A DNA stretch of 63,807 bases, counting the filler, from Octopus bimaculoides (lineage: Eukaryota), in assembly GCF_001194135.2 (NCBI RefSeq). It is 9 parts of 7 records of this genome, joined end to end, with 100 filler letters (N's around TTAATTAATTAA, not from the genome) between each part and the next. Parts side by side here need not be neighbours in the genome. Positions count along the whole stretch, not along the records: positions 1 to 28,477 come from NC_068992.1; 8 more parts are not named here. One strand, written 5' to 3'. Positions 1 to 13,280 of this stretch are shown one piece after another; position 1 is the first letter of the stretch; each line of letters starts with the position of its first letter. The translations under genes and the position numbers were made by a program. The notes beneath the pieces were generated by a model, which was given only the letters and a program-made list of their open reading frames with translations, did not search any database and had not been told where the DNA came from.

Positions 1-318
1 ATATATATTTATATACGTATATATATACATACATATATATGAAAGTCTATGTCGATTACTGAATACAGTTTTGAAGTGTAAAGTTGATTTAATTTTTTTT
101 TTATATTATGCAACCTGTTATGAAGGTGTTACTAAATTGTTTTGAGATGAAGTTCTTTTCTAGTTTGCGAGATCTTTCGTAAAACCTTTTCAAACACACA
201 AACTCTTAAAGAAGAAGTTACTTCTGTGGCAATGGTAATATTATTTCCAGCTTATTTTCAGTCTCATGATTTTAATCATAAATATTCCTTTATCATTGTC
301 TATTATATGGAGTGTTGG

Positions 319-1070
319 CTATTTCCGGTTTAATTTTGTATTCAGAATTCCTATCAAGTAGTCTTCTTTTGACTTTCGTTGTTGTACATTTTCATAGACT
401 ACTTTGTAAAATGGGAATATTTTAAATTTTCCGTTTGCACAGATGTCTACATGTTCACTGCATGGGACATTCCTAAAACATGAATATCCAATTTGTTGTT
501 TATGCACATTTACACGACTGGTAAGATTTCGACCTGTCTCCATTGCACTGAAGGCACGTGATGCAGTAGATGAAGATTTTGTGTTTCGCAATTCATGTCT
601 GCACTCACATTGAAATCCTTCCCATTCTTGAGTCTTTTGGTTATCACTTGCTCAAAAAATTTAAATGTCCCATATAAATATCACAAATTATCAACAGTCG
701 AAGACAACAACCTAACCTCAAGACAATCATAACAAAGGTGAGATTCACATTTGAAAAAGAAACGATGCAAGAAACCAACTGTGGAAATCCCAGTTGGTTA
801 CTTGCATCGATTCTTTTTCAAATGTGAATCTCAACATTGTCAGGATTCTCTACAGGTCAGGTGGTTGTCTTCGACTGTTGATTATTTGTGATTTTTTTCA
901 ATTATTTGTTAGATATTTGCTGATTAATGTCCCATTACGATGTATCGTTTGGCTGAGTGCAGGATGATGAGGTTTCTAGGATTGTGGCTGACTACAAACG
1001 GAATATTTGAGTTTGTCATTTTATTTTCACATCTTGCTGGAATGTTCCTCTGTAAAGTAGAGATCAGAAT
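319..1070 (-). mobile_element. Penelope-like element relic (RT C-terminal linker plus GIY-YIG endonuclease, frameshifted)
   Basis: Minus strand reads IPFVVSHNPRN, IINSRRQPPDL, MNCETQNL/IYCITCLQC and ETGRNLTSRVNVHKQQI...CSEHVDIC...FKIFPFYK, i.e. PLE linker and GIY-YIG motifs; the same motif order occurs at 23.6-24.2 kb. Confidence 0.75.
680..892. repeat. Inverted repeat, ~101-bp arms (680-781 / 791-892) with 9-nt spacer
   Basis: Direct comparison of the left arm with the reverse complement of the right arm gives about 12 differences in 101 nt. Confidence 0.9.
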
Positions 1071-1526
1071 TTCTTTTTACTTTTGTCATAGCACGTTGAA
1101 ATGACATGTGATATTTCGGTTTCTGTACAAATATATATATGAATGTATATGTATGTATGTATATNNNNNNNNNNNNNNNNNNNNNNNNNNNNNNNNNNNN
1201 NNNNNNNNNNNNNNNNNNNNNNNNNNNNNNNNNNNNNNNNNNNNNNNNNNNNNNNNNNNNNNNNNNNNNNNNNNNNNNNNNNNNNNNNNNNNNNNNNNNN
1301 NNNNNNNNNNNNNNNNNNNNNNNNNNNNNTATATATATATATATATGTATGTATATGCATATATATACATATATATTCGCGTGTGTGTGCATTTATTCAT
1401 AAACACACACTATATATATATGTGTGAATGTGAGCATTTGTTGGAGCGTGGGTAGATGAGTGTCTTTTATATGAAAGTTAAGTCTCATACATATATGTTT
1501 ACAGATATAGGCAAGCTTATAAGGAA

Positions 1527-1587
<61 letters not shown>

Positions 1588-1603
1588 TATATGTGTTCGT
1601 GTC

Positions 1604-1658
<55 letters not shown>

Positions 1659-1755
1659 GAGCGTGTGTGTGTGTATGTGTGTATAGATATACATATATAT
1701 ATGTATAGATATACATACGTATACATATATATATATATATGTATATATCTATCTA

Positions 1756-1843
<88 letters not shown>

Positions 1844-2514
1844 CACATATATATATATGTATGTATGTATGTATGTGTTTATGCGTATGTATATACCCAC
1901 GCATACGTCTCTTATGTTTACTTATATTTTGTTCAGACGTCTCTTTTATGTCCTAAAAGATTCACTTTGATCGTCTACAAATTTTCTATTATTTTTTTTT
2001 TTTTCAGTCCGAATGATAATTGCCTCGACATATAATCCAAGTTTCCGTGAAGATGTCCATGAAATTCCACTCTGATCTACTAGGTTTATTCAAATCTACG
2101 TTGAAACTATCCAGACATTATTTCACGGTAATTTCTCTAACCGAATTCGTGTATATTGGAGAATTTTCGTGCAGGCTGAACGACTGGAATTCAAACAAAT
2201 TGTAATCGTATTCCTGTCAGTAAGCGGAAAACGAGTGATAGTTAAAATGCAATTATCTTCCATTTTGAATTTCATTTCTTAAGGTCTGGTGCTAGGGGAA
2301 AATGGGAAGATGTTTCTTTTTGTGTTTCGATTAGTTAATAAACTAGTAGCGAGATTACCTAGACAGCGTTCTTACGTATGTTTTATATAACAGAATTCTA
2401 CAATCGTAAATACTTCACATAAACCCACATGAAGGTGATATGAGCTTCATTACTAACATGAAACAAAAGTCGTTATACACATACATACATATATACATAT
2501 ATGTATAAATAAAT

Positions 2515-2575
<61 letters not shown>

Positions 2576-2582
2576 GATAGAC

Positions 2583-2616
<34 letters not shown>

Positions 2617-3228
2617 TTAGATAGATGTGTGTGTGTATGTATGCATGCATGTATATATAATAGATATGTGTGTGTGTGCGTAAATGTATTTTTAAAGTAT
2701 ATATACTCACATTATATACGAAACATATATATGTGTTATAGTACAGGTGTATTTAGCTGTATAGTATTCCATTTTTTTATTATTATTTTTGCGTGGTATG
2801 TGTCCGTATCGCTCAATTATTTTCTGTTCACATATAATGTAAGTCTTATTGCTGACTCAATTTCGGATATCATTAATATGTAATTGAATATTTCGACCAT
2901 TCACATCGATTCACTTCTTTATTCATGAAAGAAATTGGTAAGGTATATGAGGATCTCGATATTGTAGATTTCTTCCTTTTGCTATTTATATTTATCTCCT
3001 AATTCCCTACTAAAATTGCCTACAAACCTAATATATTGAAACTATTCATTTTCTAACACATTCAATATCTGTTTCTACGTGAAATATATATATGTGTGCG
3101 TGTGTGTATGGGTGTGGTATATAGACAGATAGATATATGTATATTTATATGTATGTATGTGTATATATATATTTTGATGTATATGTGTTGCATATATATA
3201 CATATATAAATCATACACATATTCATAC

Positions 3229-3305
<77 letters not shown>

Positions 3306-5170
3306 NNNNNNNNNNNNNNNNNNNNNNNNNNNNNNNNNNNNNNNNNNNNNNNNNNNNNNNNNNNNNNNNNNNNNNNNNNNNNNNNNNNNNNNNNNNNNNN
3401 NNNNNNNNNNNNNNNNNNNNNNNNNNNNNNNNNNNNNNNNNNNNNNNNNNNNNNNNNNNNNNNNNNNNNNNNNNNNNNNNNNNNNNNNNNNNNNNNNNNN
3501 NNNNNNNNNNNNNNNNNNNNNNNNNNNNNNNNNNNNNNNNNNNNNNNNNNNNNNNNNNNNNNNNNNNNNNNNNNNNNNNNNNNNNNNNNNNNNNNNNNNN
3601 NNNNNNNNNNNNNNNNNNNNNNNNNCATACAAGCACGCTTACACACATACACTTATACGTAATCTATGCCATTTTCTTCAAAACGATATCTCGTTGTAGA
3701 ATAATTGGAACTTGGTTTATCGACATTATGAAATATAAATTACTTAGTATTTATGCGACGTTTATCATCCGGTACTTTAATTTTCCGGGAAATTCTTATC
3801 CCTGAAATATAAAGTGTGTACTTTGCTTCTGATGGAGTACTTATAATGAAATTTGTTCCTCTAATAATTTCTGCCATAATTTCAATTTCATAGTAATTGC
3901 ACTGTGATCGTAAACCTCTTGAATAGACGTTTTAAATGTATTTTTATATGATTATTTTTATATGTGTAAAGTGAATTGTTTGACTCATGAGACCTCATCC
4001 TTAGACTCGGTCTCACTTTGCGCAACAGAATTACAAAACTGGCAGACGTATTTTCAATATGTGTGCTCGGCTATAGTTACCTTAAGGGATCAGAGATAGT
4101 ATTTAAACCTTTAGGGGAGTACATCTAGCTGCAGTCTACAATTTATTGATGGAATTTAATCTCATATCATAAACGATTGCTGAATATATAGGTGCTGGCA
4201 TGACAAGTGGTGCAAGCGTGTTTTTGTGGCTAAAAAAGCCAACTTTGCAACCATGTAGTTTCTGATTTACCGCCACTGAGCGGCGCTGACGCCGAGTTTC
4301 CTATACTCAACCCCCTGTAAATCAATGACTTGTGATTGAAATTGCGTAACGAAAACGGCGTGGAAGATCGTTAGGAATCTTTGTGTCAACGTTTATGCCA
4401 TACTAACAAAAATATACGACAATCTATACACGAGTTATACTCACAATATTGGTATTCATTTATTATATACGAAGTTCTTAGTAACGCTAATCTTAAAACA
4501 TTTATTTCAAAAATATCGGTCTTACATTTACCTACTTAATAAATCCATTTATCAAAATGTGATCGTTTCTCTCCACCAGACGAGAAATTGATGATTGAAC
4601 GTTTAAAACACTGAAACATACGCCTCAAAAACAGATTATTATCTATGAACCACTAGCAACCTATTAGCTATGAGATGAGACCTACCTCAGGGCAGCTTTT
4701 GGATTTCTTTCAGTGAAAATTTATGCAAATCTGCAGAGGTTGATGTCTGTAACTATTACTAATATATTAACATTCGAATGCGTGATACAATTTTAATTTT
4801 GCAACAAAATTCACTAAAATCTAACTTGAAATTGATTGGATACACGTGCATAAATAAAAGAAGTCATAGTCAGATAGGTAGCGACACTGCGTGGATAATT
4901 ATATGTCTGTTAGCATAAAATACATGACACGTTTATAAAATCACAATAAAGTTTCCCTTTCATAATATACATATTCTGTGAACTATATTACCCTCATGTT
5001 CGAAGAAGAAAACAAGTCAATATTTTTTTCATATATAGTTGTTTCTGATATATTTAGTGCTTCAAACTAAAAAATTCTAGCTCAATTCCTGTCGATGACT
5101 CTTTACCCGTGATATTATATATCAACACTATTCTGGTGCCTCGTATATTATAATTTTAATGTAGGATATA

Positions 5171-6061
5171 CGAGGTCTGATCAATAAATATCCGGACTGA
5201 TGCCATAGTAATGAACCTAAAGTACATAGAGTAAACTACTTGGCACAGATTGACCTTGAACTTTGCTGTGCACGTGCACTAAGTTTTAGCGTTATAGCTC
5301 ACTTCCGCTGTTTATAACAGTGCTTGGAAGGAACGTGTGTAGAGTGTGATCGTCGCATTGACCACCATGAATCTGCATCAACTTTTGTCAAAAGCTTGGT
5401 GATACCTACTCAGAGGCCAACGCAAAATCGCAGAAAGTGTATGGAGAGGAGTAAATGACCTGAAGAAATGTCGAGTGAATGACCCGAAGAAATGTCAATA
5501 GTGTCGAACGTTCTGGGAGACCGGCAACCAACACAACTGAGAGAGATATGGCATATATGCGTGCAGCTGTCAGAGAAAATTGGCTGAACAACCATCCCTG
5601 AGTTATCACAGCATGTGCCGATTAGCTATGATTCAGTTGAATCCATTATCACTGAAGATTTGGATATGATAATTATGTGCCAAAAATGCTTTCACCTAAC
5701 AACTTGTCAATTGAATGCTGCTTGTGCAGCAGTTTATGACTAGGCACCGCATTTCCAGGTCCGACAACCACCGTATTCCCCAAATCTCCCCCTTGTAACT
5801 TTTTCGTCTTCCCCAAAATCAAATCTCACTTGAAAGGATGAAGATTTCAGGATGTCGAGGAAATCAAAGTGAATGTGACGAGGCGGCTGCAGATTATCAC
5901 AGAAAACGAGTTCCTGGAATGCTTCCATCAATGGAAACGGCGCTGGATTAAGTGTTTGGGTTCCGAAAGAGACTACTTTGAAGGAGATTAAAGGCCAAAT
6001 TGGTACGCGTGGTAGTTTTGTCTTTATAGTACTAGTCCGGATACTTATTGATCAGTCTTCG
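5171..6061 (+). mobile_element. Internally deleted mariner (Tc1/mariner) element with both TIRs and TA target duplication
   Basis: TA-cgaggtctgatcaataaatatccggact ... agtccggatacttattgatcagtcttcg-TA. N-terminal remnant CINFCQKLGDTYSEA (~5372-5450); C-terminal remnant QPPYSPNLPPCNFFVFPKIK...FHQWKRRWIKCLGSERDYFEGD* (5756-5991). Confidence 0.92.
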
Positions 6062-7345
6062 TATATGCTTGCGGGAAAAGTTCAATCCATTTATTTCTAT
6101 TTCATATATCATAAGAACTTAGTCTCAATCTATATTTCCTATGCATAAACAATTTTCAAGAAAACAAACTTCAAACTCATATACAATTATCCCATGTGTA
6201 AATTAAGCATGTAATGAAGTCTAAAGGTTTTTGCAGTTGGGACTGAAAATTTAATGCGTTATGTTTGACCAATTCCAGTTAAGTGAAAAAGTGATTCACG
6301 TTTATTCCAATAAAAGATTAGTCTTTCATTCAGCCTTCAAAGCAATTATACTGGTAAATCCGATGTAATGAGTTAAACATTGAAAAGTAAGTAGAAAATG
6401 GATACAATTTGCCAAAAGTATCGCATGCGTGGTTGAAATGTTTCTTTAGACGACACAAAGGATTCGTGTGATATAAAGAGTGCTAAAGGGAAGCTGTAAG
6501 ATTTATGGATTTCCCAATTGCTTTAGTGATGTAAAGGATGCGAAAAGCTATCATTTAGGTGATGATATATCGTCGTTATAGTGTACTCTTTCTTCTATGT
6601 GACCTCGAAGAATACTCGAGGTCACTTATTTAGGCTAAACTGTCAGCAGATTTTTGTACGATTTACGAATGCTTTGTTTAAAGAGAAAGTAGGGAATAAG
6701 TTACTTTTATTGATGTGTTTTCTCAAGTAAATAAAGACAAGAACATAATTGTTCTTACAGAGAATGGAAACTACTGATTAATACAGCTGCTCGCCTAGAT
6801 AATGAAAATATTGTTGTCTTTATTCTAAGTATGCAGCTATTTGATTTTAGTATCGCTACACAGGAAATAGTGATATTTGTGCTTACCCTCTTATTATTAT
6901 CAATGTCAGTTATAGCTATTCTAATCGACAACTAAAATTATATTACTGGTGTGTTTTTTGCATGTACGTTTTCTTCTATTTGTAAATATTGAACAAATAT
7001 CTCAAAATATTTGAAATACACATGTACATTTATATTTCAACAACAATATCCTCACATTCCCTCAAAAATATGAGGCCTAGAGAGACAAATGACCACCTTA
7101 ATCGGAAATTTCCATAATTAAATCAAACATTTCTCATATTTGCGTGACATTTCGGTCTCTGAACTTCATCAGGAAGCTTCAGCTGGCGACTGCAATTCGA
7201 CCATGCTACATTCACATGCTACAGAAGTCCCAACTCAAATTTATGGATTGCAATGGGCAAAATCGGAAGGTGGACGAGCCTTGTACTGTGCTCTACAACG
7301 TTCGTAACGGAATATAACCTAATTATATATATATATATATATATA

Positions 7346-7552
7346 TATTCTTTTATTCTTTTTTATACTCGTTTCAGTCATTTGAATGCAGCCATGCTGG
7401 AGCACTTCTTTTACCCAAACAAATCGACACCAGGACTTCTTCTTTGTAAGCCTAGTACTTATGTTATCGGTCTTTAGCCGAACCACTAGGTTACAGGAAT
7501 GTAGACACACCAACATCGTTTGTCAAGCGATGACGGGAGAGAAACGCAACTA
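7346..7552 (-). mobile_element. SINE-like dispersed repeat, family C (3' part)
   Basis: gtttcagtcatttgaatgcagccatgctggagcac...aaatcgacaccaggactt...ttagccgaaccactagg; related copies at 16800-16850, 38520-38570 and 60690-60880. Confidence 0.6.
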
Positions 7553-7601
7553 AACACACACACACACACATACACACACACACACACATAAATATGTACA
7601 T

Positions 7602-7762
7602 ATACGGGCTTCTCTCAATTTCCGTTAACCAAATCCACTCACAGGGCTTTGGTCGGCTTGAGGCTATAGTAGAAGACACTTGCCCAATGTCACGATGTTG
7701 ATTGAGCACGGAACAGTGTGATCAGGAAGTGAATTCCATACCATACAGTCACGCCTACGCCT
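7602..7762 (-). mobile_element. tRNA-derived SINE, family B
   Basis: cgggcttct...ccaaatccactcacagggctttggtcggcttgaggctatagtagaagacacttgccca, homologous to 56720-56862 (+) and 57040-57140 (-). Confidence 0.65.
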
Positions 7763-8339
7763 ATACATGTGTGTGTATGTGTGTGTGTGTGTGTGCGTGT
7801 GTGTACACAAACCTATAGACATGATGGCTGCAGCTCTATTTCGAAAAATGGTATCACTGGTTTGTACTCTTGAAGCAGTTCACGTTTGTGGTTTCCCATT
7901 TGGTAGAAACTACACTTCTCTGCATACATGTGGTGCGCCTTGATGTATATATTCAGAGAGTTAACACGCACGCTGACACATGCCTTCATTCTATCATATC
8001 ATTTGAGAGTGCTACCTTTCATTCAGCTACGGTCAGCCAGAATATGAAAGTCATTATAAAGTGGCAGCAAAAATCACCTGATGCATGTGCCCAAAATGTT
8101 TCAAGTAACTTAACGACTTCCATACGGCTGATATCACTCTCAGAACAACGCGTAAATTTGCGATCAGCAAATAACTATTCTCCCTTAATAGAAGCAAAAG
8201 CAATTTCCGGTATTAGCTTCTCCAGAGAGATGTCTAAAGAAATCAAACAGTTGGATGCCAGTAGTGTTTCTACTGTGTTCATCTGCTCTCTGACAGGTTC
8301 TTCTTTTACGTCCTGGAGGGTGTCCAAAATTACCCCCCC

Positions 8340-8371
<32 letters not shown>

Positions 8372-10559
8372 CATATAAATTTACAAACACACACATGTGT
8401 GTGCGTGTGTGTGTGTGTGTGTGTATATGTGTGTGTGGCTGTATGTGTGTGTGTGTGTATATGTGTGTGTGGGTGTATATATGTGTGTGTGTGTGTGTGT
8501 GCGTGCGTGTGTGTGTGTACAAAAACATGTGAATCGTTGGCGTTTTTGTTTCCTCCGCTTTCCTTCTCTATTGAACTTTTCTGCGTTTCTGAAGAGCTAT
8601 GGCCGGAACGTAAAACCATCTTTCTTTCCTTCACTGAGTGTCTGCTAATACTTTACATGTACCACGTCCTCGCTTTCTTGTTTTCGTTTTGCGTTTGTCC
8701 TTCGATTTTTGTGATATACTGTGTGTGAGTGTGTGTGTGTGTATGTATATATATATATATNNNNNNNNNNNNNNNNNNNNNNNNNNNNNNNNNNNNNNNN
8801 NNNNNNNNNNNNNNNNNNNNNNNNNNNNNNNNNNNNNNNNNNNNNNNNNNNNNNNNNNNNNNNNNNNNNNNNNNNNNNNNNNNNNNNNNNNNNNNNNNNN
8901 NNNNNNNNNNNNNNNNNNNNNNNNNNNNNNNNNNNNNNNNNNNNNNNNNNNNNNNNNNNNNNNNNNNNNNNNNNNNNNNNNNNNNNNNNNNNNNNNNNNN
9001 NNNNNNNNNNNNNNNNNNNNNNNNNNATATATATATTAGTGCAGTAGCTATCTGACGTACTGCTGTACTAATTATTGGATTTATCGAAATACATAACCAT
9101 AATAATAACATAAACAATGCTCGATACTCACAGAAGTACAGGAGTGATTGTTTTAAGAAACGAACATAACTGATTCACTCGACATTAACAGTTGAATGGC
9201 ACGTATTCTATCAGCCGGTAGGAATGACCTTGATAGGTTAGTCTCATCAGATTTCTGATTAGACCGTAAAGGATCAAAAGTAATACACTACGAAATTGGT
9301 ATTCTACGTTTCGACTATCTACCATCCAGCACCTGCATGCCATAAAATGTTAATATATAATCTAGGCCCACGGCTAAATTCTTATGATAGCAAAGCGCTT
9401 CGCGACTAGTTAAGACTGTTTACGTGTACACTTCCTGAGGCTAAACAGCCAACATTTCTATTTGTATATAATTCTATTCATTTGAATCCTTACCCTACTC
9501 TCAAAAGGCTACATCCATCATTTGCATATCTAACATATCCTCATGGCTAGATGGTTTAGATAATAAACAACTTTGCAACAGATAGAGACTGTGTATGAGG
9601 GCAACTGGTGACGTTAGAAAACCAAAATTTGTAGTAATATTTTAGCGTATTAAGTTTAATTATTTGTATCTTTCAGAATTTTAGAATCTTTATTGTATCA
9701 CTCGTATGAGATATTCAAATGGGATCTAAAGATTTATGCTTCTTTTTATTGCGTGAAACTTCGATAATATATAATGATTTTGATAATTTTAATTGGAGAA
9801 AAATAATTTTCGTTGGAGAAAAATCACGTCCCAATAGCTGAAGAATACATCTAAATTGACATTCAAACAGCAAATCCTTACCTTAATTTACCATCACTCT
9901 TATAAATGCTTAATTTATGTTAATATAATCATGTTTATTCTGTGGGTGAATGAATATCTGTTATTTCTGTAATAACAATTTTGAAAGAGACGAATGCGCT
10001 GATCATATTCCAAATAAGGATGCTCTTCATGAGAAGATATATTGCACATTTAAGAATATTTATTTATTTCAAACATCAAATCAGTCAATAAATAAAGACC
10101 AAATACAGTAAACTCAACTTGCATGACACGGAAAATGTTCGACAGTAAATATCTTCCTATATATGTAAAATGGACAGCATACAGTGATTTGCTGCTTTCT
10201 GCTCTCACGTACTGTACTTTGGCGCCATAGATTTTGAATTTTGGAAGACAATGAACAATCATGTCAGCATTTGAAATATGTCCGGAACTAAAAACATTAT
10301 CATGCACCCATTCTGATAGTTGAATTTTTAAATAATATTTTGATATTTATAATTGCTGAATAAACAATAAATATTTAGTTTAAAATGTCTTCATCTATAT
10401 TGCTGTAGATGTTTAGAATATTCGTTATAATAATTTCTGTTTTCTATGAAGTAAGGAAATATTAACGAGGATAGTCGATTGTAGCTTAATATCAATTCCT
10501 TTAACAAGTCCTCCTTATACCAATGGTTTTAATTTTTTTTCGGACTAGATCAGCGAGCC

Positions 10560-10740
10560 AGTACCTTTTTGATAAAGAAAAGCCGACTATATCGACCCCA
10601 GCATTTTATTTACACTCAATTTTATCGATCCAGCAAGAACGAAATAGTGAGTAAACCTCCGTGATATTTGCACTCAGAACATAAAGCAGTAGAATACAGC
10701 TAAGCATTTTGTGCTACGCGTTAACGATTTTGGCGGGGTT
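10560..10740 (-). mobile_element. tRNA-derived SINE, family A (diverged)
   Basis: Reverse complement matches the repeated cgttctgagttcaaattccgccgaggtcgac...gataaaataagtaccag core seen at 32.7-33.7, 39.4-40.1, 48.5, 51.5 and 59.4 kb. Confidence 0.6.
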
Positions 10741-11064
10741 TTTTTTTATGATAACGCGGAGCGCTAAAGCCTGCTTCTTCAACAAAAGATCACGAGGATA
10801 AACACATAATAATATTGGAAACGATATGTCATACAATAGGAACGAGTGCTTCAAAGTTTCATCCGACGACTGTCAAAAAAAGTTCAAAATAACCATTTCT
10901 GAAATGTCATCTTCATGTAAATTATACTCTCTATTGCGTAAACTGTTCTGACTATATTTATATATCACTGACTACACTCACACACACACACACATACTCA
11001 CACGCACACACACGCACACACACACATATATATATATACACACACATACACACGCACACACTCA

Positions 11065-11103
<39 letters not shown>

Positions 11104-11473
11104 ACACACATATATATATATATATATATATAGATATGGAGAGTGGGAGGTATATATGGATGAATATGTAAGACGAACGGGGTTTAGACTTGCAAAGTAT
11201 TGCGCGTGATAGGCATTTCAAACACTCCATAGATTATGTAACTGTTGAACTATATTACATCCGGGTCTTCTGTTTTCAATGAAAAATTTTGTTTGTTAAA
11301 TTTTAGTTGTCTTACATCAAAACACTAGTAAGATTTTATTTCTTTGAATGTACACTCACACACACACAAACACATAAATACACACGCATATGATATCCTA
11401 TATAGATATACATTTATACACGCAGACACAAAATAGAGACACATACATTGTTATATACATCTCTCTCTCTCGT

Positions 11474-11510
<37 letters not shown>

Positions 11511-12275
11511 GTGTGTGTGTGTGTGTGTGTGTATGTGTGTGTGTGTGTGTATGTATTATGTATGTATGTATGTATGTATGTATGTATGTATACGCACACC
11601 CATATACATGATATATGAGTGTGTATGTCTCTATGTGTATAGTTACATATATTTTGCATACAAAATAATACAATTTGTTATTCCAGAAATATTGATCGTT
11701 GATCCATGAAACACTTTTGAACAAAAATGTCATTTAACCGTAACATTCGGCTATATCACTCGTGCGACCTAAACATAAAATTGAGCAAAATTTATTCGTT
11801 GTCATCTATATTGATTATATTTTATTCAGCCTTTGAAATATTTATCTCTATTGATTTCTCTTTTTCCAGGAGTTATAACTAATTTTGATGAATTTCCTTT
11901 CATTCAAGCAGATAGGATATGGCAGAGACAGTAGTGAGCTAACGTTTCATGCTTAACTATATTACTATATACACACCTGTGATCCATACATCTGAGCTTA
12001 TATCTTGTTAACTTTGTCGCAAACAATCGAAATTGATAATACTTTGCATGTCTTCCAATTCCATTAAGATATGTAAAAGCGTGGCTGCGCTTTAAGAAAC
12101 TCACTCTGTAATACTGTGGGTTCTGCTTCAGTTCCAAAGAGCGGCATCTGGACAAGTGTATTACCCTATAGCGCAAGACGAATAAGTTGATCTGATGAAA
12201 ATAGGCAGACGACAGAAAGAATGTAGATGTCGTTCTTATATATATTCAAATATGAAATCGAAGCAACTCAATTGT

Positions 12276-13280
12276 AACAAGAGCACTCAGTGAGCGCAAT
12301 CTTCCGCCTAGGCAACACCAACGTCCTCTCAACGATTAGCCGGAGATGAGAATATCTGAAATGAACTTGACTGCTCTCACAAAAGAGAAAACTAAGGATG
12401 AAATCGACTGCTCTCAGAAATTAAATACGAAAAGAACGGAAAAATAATCTAGAATCCTTGTCCGTTACCTCATCGATCCCAATGATAGTCAAAGAATGTG
12501 AAGGTGGGTGGGCGAGCCGTGTTTGTAATGATGGGTGTGTGTCGTCTGCTGTGGGGGCAAGGCAGTTTTCTCTATGAAGGCCTTTTTTAGTGTATCCACT
12601 GATATAGTGTATTTACGACCATTGTGGTCTATAGTGAAAACTTTATAATTGCGTGAAAGAAAACGGAAAGAACCTTCATACGGTGCTGTTAACGGAGTTT
12701 TAACAACATCGTTGCGCTCAAAAACGTGAGTCCAAGAAGTAAACCTTCCTTCAGGGCAGAGTTAGAAATGCAATTCTCAAGTAAGAAGTTTTGAACAAGA
12801 GTGATATATTCAAAATGGGTAAATCTAAAAATTGTCAGGGATTAGATATATTATTGTTACTGAATACGTTAGCGTTATTTAAAGTTTTGAACGACTTTGC
12901 TGCCGTTTATGAAGTTTCTACTAAGATAGAGACGCAAGTAAAATTAATAATAGAGAAACGAAAATAAAACTTTAGAAGCAGCAACGCCATAGCTTACGTG
13001 GAAACCATGAGTGGGTTTCAAGGGAGATAATCAGAGAAAGACTTCGAAATGGACTTATGATCGTAGTACATCATGTAACGTAAAGTTAATATAACAAATA
13101 CTCCAGAGTCCTTGTTCTTTACCAGGACGATCCCAAAATCTAATCACAAGTCCAAACATCCCTGAAAGTTTCAACCGAATCCATCAGCGGTTCTTGAGAT
13201 ATCTTGTCCACGGAAAAACAAACAAACAAACAAACACGACTGAAAATAATACATCCACCTTCGCTAAGGCGGACGTAATA
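12276..13280 (+). mobile_element. Possible non-autonomous Helentron/HINE-like element
   Basis: 5' aacaagagcactcagtgagcgca with subterminal cttccgcctaggc (12301-12313); 3' (ACAA)n tract then ccaccttcgctaaggcggacg, an imperfect inverted copy that also forms a hairpin. Confidence 0.35.

Noticed and set aside
7870-8532. 220-aa plus-strand ORF
   Set aside because: Starts at TTG, ends in microsatellite, Ser-rich composition typical of an antisense frame; no recognisable domain.
9225-9265. CTGATGA motif with adjacent hairpin (minus strand)
   Set aside because: No GAAA after stem II, so not a hammerhead.
10050-10307. Minus ORF or possible exon SGHISNADMIVHCLPKFKIYGAKVQY
   Set aside because: Only moderate splice signals, phase does not fit the candidate chain, no homolog recognised.
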